Sequence record: NC_019408.1
DNA: 64,000 nt
Direction: 5' to 3' (one strand)
Shown: piece after piece, positions 1 through 8,532 of the stretch
Numbering within the stretch: position 1 is the stretch's first letter
Layout: each line of letters opens with the position of its first letter
Program-made: the position numbers and the translations under genes
The notes under the pieces: model-generated
Seen by the model: the letters and a program-made list of their open reading frames with translations, nothing else
The model's database searches: none
What the model was told of the DNA's origin: nothing

Positions 1-190
1 GCTCCTCGCGCGTCAGCGCCATCAGGGCGTTGGTGAACCAGACGCGCTGGGAGCCGTGGACCTCGGTCGGCTCGTAAGGCAGCGGCGCGGTCAAGAACAC
101 CTGATGCGCGCGGTTCTCACGCCAGTTGGCGATCTTGAGCGCCCGCTGGAGGAGGCCCATGGGGTTGACGTCTTCGTTAGGCGGCTTCAT
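1..190 (-). CDS. hypothetical protein, partial (runs off window start)
   Basis: ATG at 190, open to position 1 (MKPPNEDVNPMGLLQRALKIANWREN...), overlaps ligase stop. Confidence 0.6.
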   Translation of the reverse strand, partial: MKPPNEDVNPMGLLQRALKIANWRENRAHQVFLTAPLPYEPTEVHGSQRVWFTNALMALTREE

Positions 191-1250
191 CGTCGGTGTC
201 CTCTTGCTTGGCCAGCCAGTCGGCGTAGAGCGCCTCCAGGACCTTGACGCGGGCGCCGTCCATGTCGGACGGATCACGCAGGCCCTCGAACACCCCGTGG
301 CGCGGCAGGTCGTAGTCGCCGGCCAGGGCGTAGCTCATCTTGACGAACTGACCCACCGGCGGGTTGACGAAGTAGTCGGCCTTGGTCTTGTCGTTGAGGC
401 CCGAGGCGATCCGCGCCACCTTGCCCGGCCATTCGGGGAAGATCACCAGCAGCTTGCCGGCGCGGCCCTTGGCGGCCTTGTTCGCCTTGTGGGTCGAGCG
501 CTTGGTGTAGCCGCGCTCGTCGAGCGTCGCCTCGTTGTTGTTGGCGAACTCCTCCTCGACGCCGATGCAGACGCCCTCCAGGTCGGCCTTGTCCTTGGCC
601 TTGACGTTGTAGCCCTCCAGGACCGTCGAGCGGCCGGGCTTGTAGGGGCCGTCGATCGCGCAGAAGATCAGGCCCTCGTCCTCGTTCTCCAGCGCCTCCA
701 GGTACATGGCCAGCGCCTCCTCGGCGTTGCGAAGCAGGCGCTGCTCCAGGACCACTACCCACGACGGCAGGGACAGTTCCAGGGCCTTGAGCGCGGCGAG
801 GCGCTCGGCCTTGCCGCCCGGCGCCAGGAAGTGCTCGAAGACATAGTAGCGGATGTCGGGCTCGCCCTCATGGGTCATCACCGCCGAGGTCGAGCCCCGG
901 AAGTTCAGCTTGCCATCGGTCAGGATGCCGATCTCGCCGTCCAGGCCGTGCGGCAGCGTCGACAGCAGCTTGCGCACGTGCAGGTTCGGGATGTACTTCA
1001 GCGACCGGGTGATGCCGTGGCCGATCGTGTCGCGCTCGTTGGTCACCCAGCCGGCCTCGGTGTGGGTGATCGCCGCCTCGATCCTGTCGGGATGCACCGG
1101 CGAGACGCTGGCCCGGACCCCGTCCTTTTTGAAGGACCCGTAGCAGGGGAACGTGATCCGCGTGGCGAACTCGCTGGGCTTGACCGAGTCGGTGTCGGCT
1201 AGGGCGATACGGAAGCGCTTGTAAAGCTTGGGCTTCTTGATCTTGCTCAT
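177..1250 (-). CDS. lig: ATP-dependent DNA ligase (phage type)
   Basis: KxDGxR motif (SFKKDGVRA), LDGEI, YYVFE, EGLIF, C-terminal PRHGVFEGLR OB-fold motif; start taken at MSKIKK. Confidence 0.9.
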   Translation of the reverse strand: MSKIKKPKLYKRFRIALADTDSVKPSEFATRITFPCYGSFKKDGVRASVSPVHPDRIEAAITHTEAGWVTNERDTIGHGITRSLKYIPNLHVRKLLSTLPHGLDGEIGILTDGKLNFRGSTSAVMTHEGEPDIRYYVFEHFLAPGGKAERLAALKALELSLPSWVVVLEQRLLRNAEEALAMYLEALENEDEGLIFCAIDGPYKPGRSTVLEGYNVKAKDKADLEGVCIGVEEEFANNNEATLDERGYTKRSTHKANKAAKGRAGKLLVIFPEWPGKVARIASGLNDKTKADYFVNPPVGQFVKMSYALAGDYDLPRHGVFEGLRDPSDMDGARVKVLEALYADWLAKQEDTDDEAA

Positions 1251-1708
1251 CTCAATTTCCCCTCGATCAACTTGAGGCCGGGCTGGTCCCGGTCCATCTG
1301 GTAGACGGTGTAGCGATCGCCGTCGAACTCGACGCTGTAGACCCGGATGCCGGCGTTGAGGCACTGCATCCACATGTCGCGCGTGCCCGGCCCGCCGGGA
1401 AACGCCACGCAGACGTCGGGCTGGCTGGTCTCACGCATGCGGGTGTTGCGCCGCTTGGGCGCATCGTCGCCCTCGCCGTCGAGCGCCGGGTCGACCTTGT
1501 AGACCTCGGTGGCGAACCCCCACTTCGCGGCCCAGGCGCGGCAGAGCCGGTCATAGCCCACCGCGTCGCCGTCGACCCAGATCATGTCGCGCGGCCAGCG
1601 CAGCGCCGAGACCAGGGCGGACAGCACAAGGGTGGGCGCGATCTCGACGACGCCGACCCGGCCGCCGCAGACCACCGCGACGAAAGGACGTTCAGCTTCA
1701 GGCGTCAT
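1247..1708 (-). CDS. SLOG-family protein (DUF2493/YspA-like)
   Basis: VVCGGR, GDAVGYD..C..WA, RN..M, PDVCVAFPGGPGTRDM pattern. Confidence 0.75.
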   Translation of the reverse strand: MTPEAERPFVAVVCGGRVGVVEIAPTLVLSALVSALRWPRDMIWVDGDAVGYDRLCRAWAAKWGFATEVYKVDPALDGEGDDAPKRRNTRMRETSQPDVCVAFPGGPGTRDMWMQCLNAGIRVYSVEFDGDRYTVYQMDRDQPGLKLIEGKLR

Positions 1709-3611
1709 CGAAGATGTCCGGGTTGAGGATTTCGGGTTCCATGTCGATGAACGAGCCGTCGAGCTTACCCGAGCGCACGCCCGGCGTCGGTGCCTCATAG
1801 CGCGGGTTGAGCAGGTCCATCTCCAGGCGGTGGCGCTGGTATTCGTTATGCGAGTTGTACCTGTACTTGTTGTGGTACATCTTGGACGCGTGTTCCATGG
1901 TCTCCTCGGGCGGCGCGTAGCTGCGCCCCCGCCTGCCGCCGCCGTAGTCGTAGTGCGGGCTGCGGAAGTTGCCGCCGAACTCGCGGTCCGACAACGCCGC
2001 CTGCTGCTGCAACCGGTCGCGGAACTTGCCGTAGCGCGCCGTCACGGCCGCGTGGTAGAGGCCCACGTCCGCCAGGAGCTTGATCAAGGGCTTGAACGAC
2101 TTCTGCCCGTCGGAGAACTCCGTCACCGCGTCGACGAAGGCCTGGGCCGCCTTGACGGCCCTGGGCGAGCCGCCCAGCCAGGACAGAATTTGACCGCCCT
2201 CGACGTCGTAGCAGGAGCCGTTGATCGCCCAGCCGCGCTCGGCCTCGTCCCAGGTCCACTGCGCGTTGTGCATCAGGGCCAGGACACCGAACGGATCGTA
2301 GCGATCCTTGCCGTCGCGCAGGACCCCAAAGCCGAACTTGGTCTTGGCCATCAGCCCCGTCCATTCGGCCATGATGCCGGCATCCACCGACATCTGCTGG
2401 AGCAGCTTCTGGAGGTAGCGCACGTTCGCCGGCACGTCGGTGCTGGTGCTGTCGCGCACGATCGTGCCTTGGAACGTCGTCCACGCCTCCAGGGTGCAGA
2501 ACCGCTGGTGCAGCGGCTGGCGATCGTATTCCTGGCGCACGTTGTCAAGCTGCGCGAACTCGTCGAACGCGCCATAGCCGCCGTAACGGTCCCGGCGCCG
2601 ATAGTACATGTCGCCGCCGACCTTCATGATCGGCATGTCGGCGTGGGCTTCGAAGATGTTGCCCAGGTCGTAGTAGCCGTCGTAGTCCCTGGTCTTTTCC
2701 AGTTCAGCGTCGGGGATCGCCCACAGGCCCGTCCACTCGCCGTCCGGACCCCAGAGGAAGAGGTTGGCCATCGGCCCCATCTCCTCCACCGTCGGGGTCC
2801 GCTCGGGCAGATAGGGCGCGAAGTGGTGGGCGTTCTTGTGGATGAACTCACGCACGTGGACTTCGTAGCGGTCGCTCGCGCGCCCGTGACGGCCATACAT
2901 ATCGTGATGGATCGAAGACATCTTGGTGTCCATGTACTTGAGGGGCGAGGCGGCCAGCCAGCGCATCATGTCTTTTTGATAGGGGCGCAGCGACAGGGCT
3001 TGATGGTCACGCATGATCTCGGCGGCGGTCTTGCCCTGCGCCTTGTGGCTGGTGACGGGGAAGCCGTAGAGCTTGTCGACCATCTCCTTGAGCCGCGACT
3101 TGCCCGCCTGACGCGGGGCGACGTGTACCGTGCGGCAGAGGTTGTCGAACTTGGCGTCCAAGGGAGCAGGCCAGGGGGACGGCCAGGGCGCGTCGAACGC
3201 GGTGACGTCCTGCAACATGGCCGCCTCGTCGATGAGCCACGTGTTGTTCAGGGTGTCGTGCCCGAAGAACCGGTGAATCGTGCTGCCGGTCTTGCTGGCC
3301 GGGTCGATGCCGTAATGGACCTTGAACGGCCCCAGGGTGGCGTCCTCGATCTTGCGCTGCATCTCCTTGAGCCGCTCTTCGATCGACGGTAGGTCCGAGG
3401 CCTGCTCCAGGACCTTGATCTCCAGCGGGAACACGCTGTCCTTCCAATCGGGCTTGGCCTGGGTCGTCTTGGCGACCTTCAGCGTGTCCGCCAGCTTCTG
3501 GATCGACTTGGCCGCCTTGCCGGTCGGCGCCGGCACGAAGAAGCTGGAGGGCGCGGGCGGCTCCTTGAACAGGCTGAAGACGTCGGCCGGCGGGGCGCTG
3601 ACCTGCTTCAT
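1698..3611 (-). CDS. large hypothetical protein with terminase-like motif fragments
   Basis: Phage-like codon usage; start at MKQVS just after DUF1643 stop; contains YGIDPAS, APRQAGKS, LRPYQ. Confidence 0.7.
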   Translation of the reverse strand: MKQVSAPPADVFSLFKEPPAPSSFFVPAPTGKAAKSIQKLADTLKVAKTTQAKPDWKDSVFPLEIKVLEQASDLPSIEERLKEMQRKIEDATLGPFKVHYGIDPASKTGSTIHRFFGHDTLNNTWLIDEAAMLQDVTAFDAPWPSPWPAPLDAKFDNLCRTVHVAPRQAGKSRLKEMVDKLYGFPVTSHKAQGKTAAEIMRDHQALSLRPYQKDMMRWLAASPLKYMDTKMSSIHHDMYGRHGRASDRYEVHVREFIHKNAHHFAPYLPERTPTVEEMGPMANLFLWGPDGEWTGLWAIPDAELEKTRDYDGYYDLGNIFEAHADMPIMKVGGDMYYRRRDRYGGYGAFDEFAQLDNVRQEYDRQPLHQRFCTLEAWTTFQGTIVRDSTSTDVPANVRYLQKLLQQMSVDAGIMAEWTGLMAKTKFGFGVLRDGKDRYDPFGVLALMHNAQWTWDEAERGWAINGSCYDVEGGQILSWLGGSPRAVKAAQAFVDAVTEFSDGQKSFKPLIKLLADVGLYHAAVTARYGKFRDRLQQQAALSDREFGGNFRSPHYDYGGGRRGRSYAPPEETMEHASKMYHNKYRYNSHNEYQRHRLEMDLLNPRYEAPTPGVRSGKLDGSFIDMEPEILNPDIFDDA

Positions 3612-3621
3612 CAGCGCCGCG

Positions 3622-4254
3622 CTAGGCGCCCCTAAGAGGCTCGAAAGGCTGCTCGCTGGGGATGTAGAGGGGGTGGCGAGGATGCCCGCCTTTGGACTTG
3701 CCGAGGCACTTGACTTCGACCCCGGTGATTTCGGCTTGCTGGACCGCGCCATAGTCTTGATCCTTGAACTCCCCATGGACACCCCAGCCGGCGATGACGT
3801 CGGCCTTGGCGGTGACAGCGTACTCGAAAGCGTGTTGCAGGAAACGGGCGTTGAGTGGCCCGATCGGGTCGGGCGCGGCCTTCATGATCGCGGGCGACTT
3901 TGACCGGAAGGCGAAGAGGTTGACCACGATGATCCCGCCGTAGTCGTCGCGGCGCGCAAAGCCCATGCAGCGCCGGATGGTGTTGTCGTCGACTTGCGCG
4001 GTGGCGGTAGACGGATTGAGCATCATGAAGATCAGCAGCGGCTTGCTCGGGTCCCAGACCCGCATCAGCATGTAGCGGAAGGTCTCGCAGTCCGAGAGGA
4101 TCGCGGCCTTGATCACGCCGTCCTCGATCACCACGTCGCCATAGACGCCGGTGATCTCCGGATCGTCGATCGACAGTTCGGCGGTCCCGTCCTCCAGGAC
4201 CCGCAGGAAGTCGCCCCAGGAGGGCGCGCTCAGTTGTGCGGTGATCGTCGTCAT
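3622..4254 (-). CDS. DUF1643 family protein
   Basis: FRYML.RVWD..KP...FMMLNPSTA...DDNTIRRC..FA...VVNLFAFRS..P; AGWG; HPRHPLY. Confidence 0.85.
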   Translation of the reverse strand: MTTITAQLSAPSWGDFLRVLEDGTAELSIDDPEITGVYGDVVIEDGVIKAAILSDCETFRYMLMRVWDPSKPLLIFMMLNPSTATAQVDDNTIRRCMGFARRDDYGGIIVVNLFAFRSKSPAIMKAAPDPIGPLNARFLQHAFEYAVTAKADVIAGWGVHGEFKDQDYGAVQQAEITGVEVKCLGKSKGGHPRHPLYIPSEQPFEPLRGA

Positions 4255-4261
4255 TCCTGAC

Positions 4262-4295
4262 ATTTGCCCCGAGACGGCCGGCTTTGTCAACGCTT
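4262..4295 (-). promoter_or_regulatory. sigma70-type promoter, class AGCGTTGACAAAGCCGG; possibly leaderless
   Basis: TTGACA 4290-4285, 17 nt, GCAAAT; ATG 8 nt downstream with no spaced SD. Confidence 0.5.
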
Positions 4296-4300
4296 GGAAT

Positions 4301-4330
4301 CAAAAGGGCCGCCCCGCAGGACGGCCCTTT
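4301..4330 (-). terminator. intrinsic terminator
   Basis: AAAGGGCCG-loop-CGGCCCTTTTG hairpin plus U tract on minus strand. Confidence 0.75.
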
Positions 4331-4523
4331 CTCGACCTTACCAGACTTCGCCGAGTATGCACGTCCGCCTGGACGTCGACCGCCTCGGAGTCTGGTCTTG
4401 TAGCGCCTCTAACGCTTGCCCCTCCGCACCCCGATCAAGGAAACCAGAAATCGGGTCGGATGGTCTAATGGGCGGCAGGTGATCGCTGGCGGTCTCTTCC
4501 GTGTAGGGCCTCCTACCACTTGC
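4301..4523 (-). ncRNA. putative structured non-coding RNA, family unknown
   Basis: ORF-free interval between a TTGACG-N17-TAGAAC promoter and a terminator; several long stems (ACCAGACU/AGUCUGGU, CCGAG/CUCGG, ACGUCC/GGACGU, CCCGAU/AUCGGG, GUAGG/CCUAC); no AUG on this strand. Confidence 0.6.
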
Positions 4524-4529
4524 GGCTCT

Positions 4530-4558
4530 GTTCTAGGATCGCGGCGCTACGTCGTCAA
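4530..4558 (-). promoter_or_regulatory. sigma70-type promoter for the putative ncRNA
   Basis: TTGACG 4558-4553, 17 nt, TAGAAC 4535-4530; same -10 as the repeated phage promoters. Confidence 0.55.
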
Positions 4559-4811
4559 CCTCAAGCAGGGCCTTTTGAGCCAGGGCGCGGTTGTACTCCA
4601 GGAGCTTGCGAAGAGCCTTGCGGTCTCCTTCAGCCATGGCGTAGAGCCGCACCACGTCGTCGAAGTCGAACTCGTTGACGAGGTCGCGTAGGTCCTGGTC
4701 CATCCTGTCGATGGTCCGAAACAGGCGCTCGCGGTACTGGCGGCGCTCACGCTGGCGGCGGCGGGCGACGAGGGTGCCGATCCGCTGCCGCACGCGACGA
4801 TGGCGCAGCAT
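4533..4811 (-). CDS. hypothetical protein, basic N-terminus
   Basis: ORF in operon, overlaps upstream stop. Confidence 0.6.
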   Translation of the reverse strand: MLRHRRVRQRIGTLVARRRQRERRQYRERLFRTIDRMDQDLRDLVNEFDFDDVVRLYAMAEGDRKALRKLLEYNRALAQKALLEVDDVAPRS

Positions 4812-5323
4812 CAGAGCGGCTTAGGCGCGTGCCAGTCCTCGCGGTCGTCGGCATAGAGCACCGACGCCAGCGGCCCGGTCCCGATGTCGCACTTGGCGGC
4901 GATCCCCACCGCCTGGGCGGCCGTGGCGCCCATGTGAAGCGCTCCCAGGGCCGACCACGTACCCGAGCCGAAGGCGTAGAAGGGCGCGCGCATCACATAG
5001 GCCGGCGCGCCGCTCTCGAACCGCAGGCAGGAGCCATCGGGGAGGATGACGTAACCGTTGGTCTCCTTGTCGGGCTTCTCGGGGCGGCCCATGTCGCAGT
5101 ACGGCCCCTTGCCGCCATCCGCCAGCCACTCATCGAACTTCTCGGACTTGACCCAGTCGAGGAAGATTTGGACGTAGGACGACTCGCCCGCCGCACCGAA
5201 GAGCAGCGTGCCGCCCGGCCCGGTGCGCTTGCCGATCTTGGGAACGTCCCCGCAGGGGGTCCACAGGTCCAGCACCCGCGCATCGGCGGCCAGGGCGCCG
5301 TCTCGATAGACGATACACGTCAT
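4811..5323 (-). CDS. HslV/proteasome-beta-like Ntn hydrolase
   Basis: N-terminal MT, LAAD, KI, FGAAG, AFGSG, AAQAV.IA..CD..TG; AGGAG SD. Confidence 0.7.
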   Translation of the reverse strand: MTCIVYRDGALAADARVLDLWTPCGDVPKIGKRTGPGGTLLFGAAGESSYVQIFLDWVKSEKFDEWLADGGKGPYCDMGRPEKPDKETNGYVILPDGSCLRFESGAPAYVMRAPFYAFGSGTWSALGALHMGATAAQAVGIAAKCDIGTGPLASVLYADDREDWHAPKPL

Positions 5324-5354
5324 ACGTCCAAACTCCTACTGATGTCTTCTAGGT

Positions 5355-6044
5355 TTAGCGCGGTGCGCGCGGCAGGCGGGCGGCGGCCGGGTTCTTCAGC
5401 GAGCCGGTGGTCGGCCCGGCTTGGCGAGCGCCGGCCTTGGGGTTGAAGCCCTCGGGCAGGAGCGGCGTGCGGGACTTGCCCGAAGCGGCGGCGCGCTCCT
5501 TGACGAGGTCGTCACCCCCTTCGCTCTGGACCTTGGCGTCGGAGACCAGCTTGTCGCGGCGCTTGGAGGGCGCGACGTTGTTGGACTGGACGGTGCCGTC
5601 CGAGCCGGCCGCGATCTGGCGCGTCGTCAGGTCGACGACCGCGTTGACCAGCGCCGACAGCATCGCCTTTTCGGCGCTGACCGAGGCTGCGGTCGAGGCG
5701 CCCGTGAACCCGGTCTCCTCACCCTTCGCCTTGCCGCTGACGCGCACGGTGATCTGCTTGGTCTTCTTGTTCTTCAGGAAGCCCGAGACCTCTTCGCGCG
5801 TCGAGACGTCGACCCGCGCGCCCGGCGCGATGTGCTCCAGCAGCGCCAGGGCGGCGTGATAGCTGCTGGTGAAATTGAGCGCGCCCTTGTAGCCGCTCGG
5901 GACGGCGATGGTCTTCTCGATCGTTTGATCGATGACCGTCGTGGCCAGATAGGTGGGCTCAGGATCGCGCAGGTAGGTGTCGACCTGCTCCTTCACGGCC
6001 CGCAGGCGGTTGATGTCGATTGAAAGGGCGCGGGTGGCGACCAT
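5355..6044 (-). CDS. hypothetical protein
   Basis: AGGAG SD before ATG 6044; NFTSSYHAALALLE resembles the phage ABA-sandwich pattern (weak). Confidence 0.65.
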   Translation of the reverse strand: MVATRALSIDINRLRAVKEQVDTYLRDPEPTYLATTVIDQTIEKTIAVPSGYKGALNFTSSYHAALALLEHIAPGARVDVSTREEVSGFLKNKKTKQITVRVSGKAKGEETGFTGASTAASVSAEKAMLSALVNAVVDLTTRQIAAGSDGTVQSNNVAPSKRRDKLVSDAKVQSEGGDDLVKERAAASGKSRTPLLPEGFNPKAGARQAGPTTGSLKNPAAARLPRAPR

Positions 6045-6054
6045 GGGACTGCTC

Positions 6055-6606
6055 CTATTCCTGTTCATCGATCGCCTGGGCGACCTGGGTGCTGCTGTAG
6101 CGGTAGTTGTTCCAGTGGTCGCTCGTGGCGTAGCGACCCTTGCGCTTGAGGCTGACCTCGACTTCCGGCGAGACCAAGCCCATCTTCTCTCCGGCCGCGA
6201 TGAGGTCGAAGAACTTCTGCTGCCAGGGCGGCGGCATCTCCTGGAGGGACATGCGCGGCAGGGTGAACCACGCCATCCGCCCCAGGCCGAAGAAGCGATC
6301 GACCGGTGCGTAGGGCATGGGCATGTCCCCGGCATAATGGACGACCCGCCCGTCGCTCTCCTTGACCGAGTGCGTGTACGCGGCAATCCTGGCGCGCTCG
6401 TAGGCCTCGTCTTCCGCCTGCCGGATAAGCAGGGCGCGGATGTCCTCGGGACAGCCCTGGAAGAACGCCTCATCCTTGGGGGTGAGGCAGTCGGCCAGGG
6501 CCGCCTTGAGCGCGCTGCGCATCTCATCGAGCGCCTGGGCCGCGTCCTCGTCCCGATCGGGATGGAAGTCGTCGGCGATCTCAGCGATGCGGTCACGCAG
6601 GTTCAT
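6055..6606 (-). CDS. hypothetical protein
   Basis: ATG overlapping upstream stop, phage codon usage. Confidence 0.65.
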   Translation of the reverse strand: MNLRDRIAEIADDFHPDRDEDAAQALDEMRSALKAALADCLTPKDEAFFQGCPEDIRALLIRQAEDEAYERARIAAYTHSVKESDGRVVHYAGDMPMPYAPVDRFFGLGRMAWFTLPRMSLQEMPPPWQQKFFDLIAAGEKMGLVSPEVEVSLKRKGRYATSDHWNNYRYSSTQVAQAIDEQE

Positions 6607-7064
6607 TGGCAGACCTTCACGGGGTCGACGGCCGCGACCGGCGACATGTAGGTGTCGGGGTCCCAGGCGCCGGGGACGTTGCCGCCCTCGATGTACTGGT
6701 AGTCCGGCGACGGCGGCCTCATCGAGCCGCCGTTGCTGGCGACCTTGCCCGGATTGGGATAGGCCGATAGCCACAGGCGCCCGTCGGTGCCGCGCAGGAC
6801 AAATTGCCCGCTCTGGCGGCAGACCTTGGCGATCTGCATCCGCCATGCGTAGTTGAGCTTGCGCTTCTTGGCGGCCTCGTCGCGCAGCCACTGCTCATGG
6901 CCCATCCGCGCCCACCGAGCCCTCTTGGCGACGAGGGCCTTGTGCTCGGGCGACCAGCGCAGGTTCTGCTCCTCGTCGAACGACACCGACACCGTCACCA
7001 GCAAGAGGAGGACCAGGACACCAAGCACCGGGAGCCAGAAGAGCGGATCACGCAGGCGAGACAT
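6603..7064 (-). CDS. membrane-anchored hypothetical protein
   Basis: N-terminal hydrophobic helix LFWLPVLGVLVLLLLVTVSV. Confidence 0.65.
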   Translation of the reverse strand: MSRLRDPLFWLPVLGVLVLLLLVTVSVSFDEEQNLRWSPEHKALVAKRARWARMGHEQWLRDEAAKKRKLNYAWRMQIAKVCRQSGQFVLRGTDGRLWLSAYPNPGKVASNGGSMRPPSPDYQYIEGGNVPGAWDPDTYMSPVAAVDPVKVCQ

Positions 7065-8521
7065 CAGGCGGGCTCGTCGACGAAGGCGTAGTCGCCGGTG
7101 TCGTAGCCGGCCGCCACGCGCTCGCGGACTTGATCCAGGGTCGTCGGCTCCAGCACCTTGCCGGTGTTGAAGACCTCGTCGAGCAGGTCGTGCTCAACCA
7201 CGTCGCCTTCGTGGACCGTGATGGTCTCGAAGCCGCCATGCTCGTTGGTCACGAGCGCCAGCTTGCCCTTCTTGGACACCTTGCCCGGATCGGTGATCGG
7301 GTCCTTGAAGATGTCGACCCACTCGCCGTTGATCTCCTGGGCCGACGACTTCATCGCCCACTTGTTGGTGTCGCGGTCGAGGTCGCCCGTCGCCAGACCA
7401 CCGCCGGCCGCCGTCATGATGCTGTCGGGCGCGATGCCCAGGTCCCGGCCCAGGTAGAACGGGTCCATGTGGGTGTGCTCGTTCATGCCGTCGCCCTGGA
7501 GGACCTTGACGTTCATGTTGATGACGTCCAGGCCCTTGCTGTTGCGCTGGGTGCCGAACCCGTCCGCCAGGGTCTTGAGGACCGGCGGGATCACCTCGCC
7601 CAGGCGCCCGCTGTCGGGGCGGCAGACGATGGTCAGGTTCTTGTTGGCGATCAGGTCCTTGTACTTCACGAGCTTCTTGGCGAACTCGAAGATGTTCCAG
7701 GTGTCGCCGACCAGCGAGACGATCGAGCCCACCGGCGCGCGCGTCAGGCAGTGCAGGATGTACTCGTCGTCGTTGTCGCGCCCGAACGAGCACGAGATCG
7801 AGTGCTCGGTGGCCAGCACCGAATAGGCCGACATCTCGCTGAAGTAGTTGATGTTCGCCGCGCGCACGCCGGGCACGTTGTCCGAGCCCTGGAAGTGGAA
7901 GAGGTGAGCGATGCCGGCCAGGACCGAATGGTCATAGCCCATGGTGCCGCGCGAGGAGAAGTCCAGGAAGGCGAACGGCGACATCGGGGTGTCGCTGGTC
8001 AGTTCCCAGAAAATCTTGATCGACTGGGCGATCTTGTTGACGCGGGCGGCGATCGTCGAGGCCGTCCAGACATCGCGCAGGATCATGGTCTCGAAGTACG
8101 AGGTCAGCCAGGGCAGGCGCGGGTCGAGGTTCTCGACGCTGATCAGCGCGTTCTTGACCGGGATCATCATGCCCTCGGGCACGGCCTTGATCCGCAGCGG
8201 CAGGTAGCCGCCGTACTCGTTCAGGATGATCTCCCAGCCGTCACGGTTGAACGGCAGGCCATGGGCCGGCACGAACGCGGCCATCTCTTCGATGTCGGCG
8301 CGGGTGATCGGCTTGCAGAGCTTCTGGAAGAGCAGGCGCTGGAACGCGGCCAGCATCACCTTGGGGTAACGCCCGCCCCGGCTCTCGATGTAGCTGTAGA
8401 CGGTGGTGCAGCCGTCGCGATAGAGCACCCAGTGACCCAGCTTGTAGCTGTCGGTGTCGGCGATCAGGTTGTAGGTCTCGACGGGGGCGACCCCGTCCCA
8501 GTTGGCGATGTCGAAGGCCAT
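7064..8521 (-). CDS. nadV: nicotinamide phosphoribosyltransferase (NAMPT)
   Basis: DTDSYKLGH, DFSSRG, ATEHS, RPDSG, QGDG, KDPITDPGKVSKKG motifs. Confidence 0.92.
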   Translation of the reverse strand: MAFDIANWDGVAPVETYNLIADTDSYKLGHWVLYRDGCTTVYSYIESRGGRYPKVMLAAFQRLLFQKLCKPITRADIEEMAAFVPAHGLPFNRDGWEIILNEYGGYLPLRIKAVPEGMMIPVKNALISVENLDPRLPWLTSYFETMILRDVWTASTIAARVNKIAQSIKIFWELTSDTPMSPFAFLDFSSRGTMGYDHSVLAGIAHLFHFQGSDNVPGVRAANINYFSEMSAYSVLATEHSISCSFGRDNDDEYILHCLTRAPVGSIVSLVGDTWNIFEFAKKLVKYKDLIANKNLTIVCRPDSGRLGEVIPPVLKTLADGFGTQRNSKGLDVINMNVKVLQGDGMNEHTHMDPFYLGRDLGIAPDSIMTAAGGGLATGDLDRDTNKWAMKSSAQEINGEWVDIFKDPITDPGKVSKKGKLALVTNEHGGFETITVHEGDVVEHDLLDEVFNTGKVLEPTTLDQVRERVAAGYDTGDYAFVDEPA

Positions 8522-8532
8522 GAGGTTCCCCT

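Noticed and set aside
3612-3782. N-terminal extension of the 694-aa ORF
   Set aside because: Would overlap the DUF1643 C-terminus by over 130 nt and is low-complexity Ser/Pro; start at 3611 is preferred
4264-4811. Plus-strand ORFs 4264-4482 and 4416-4691 over the ncRNA candidate
   Set aside because: Wrong strand for the region, non-ATG starts, no SD, atypical composition
5346-5374. TAGAAG -10 upstream of the HslV-like gene
   Set aside because: No TTGAC-like -35 at 17-18 nt and no leader motif, so not called as a promoter
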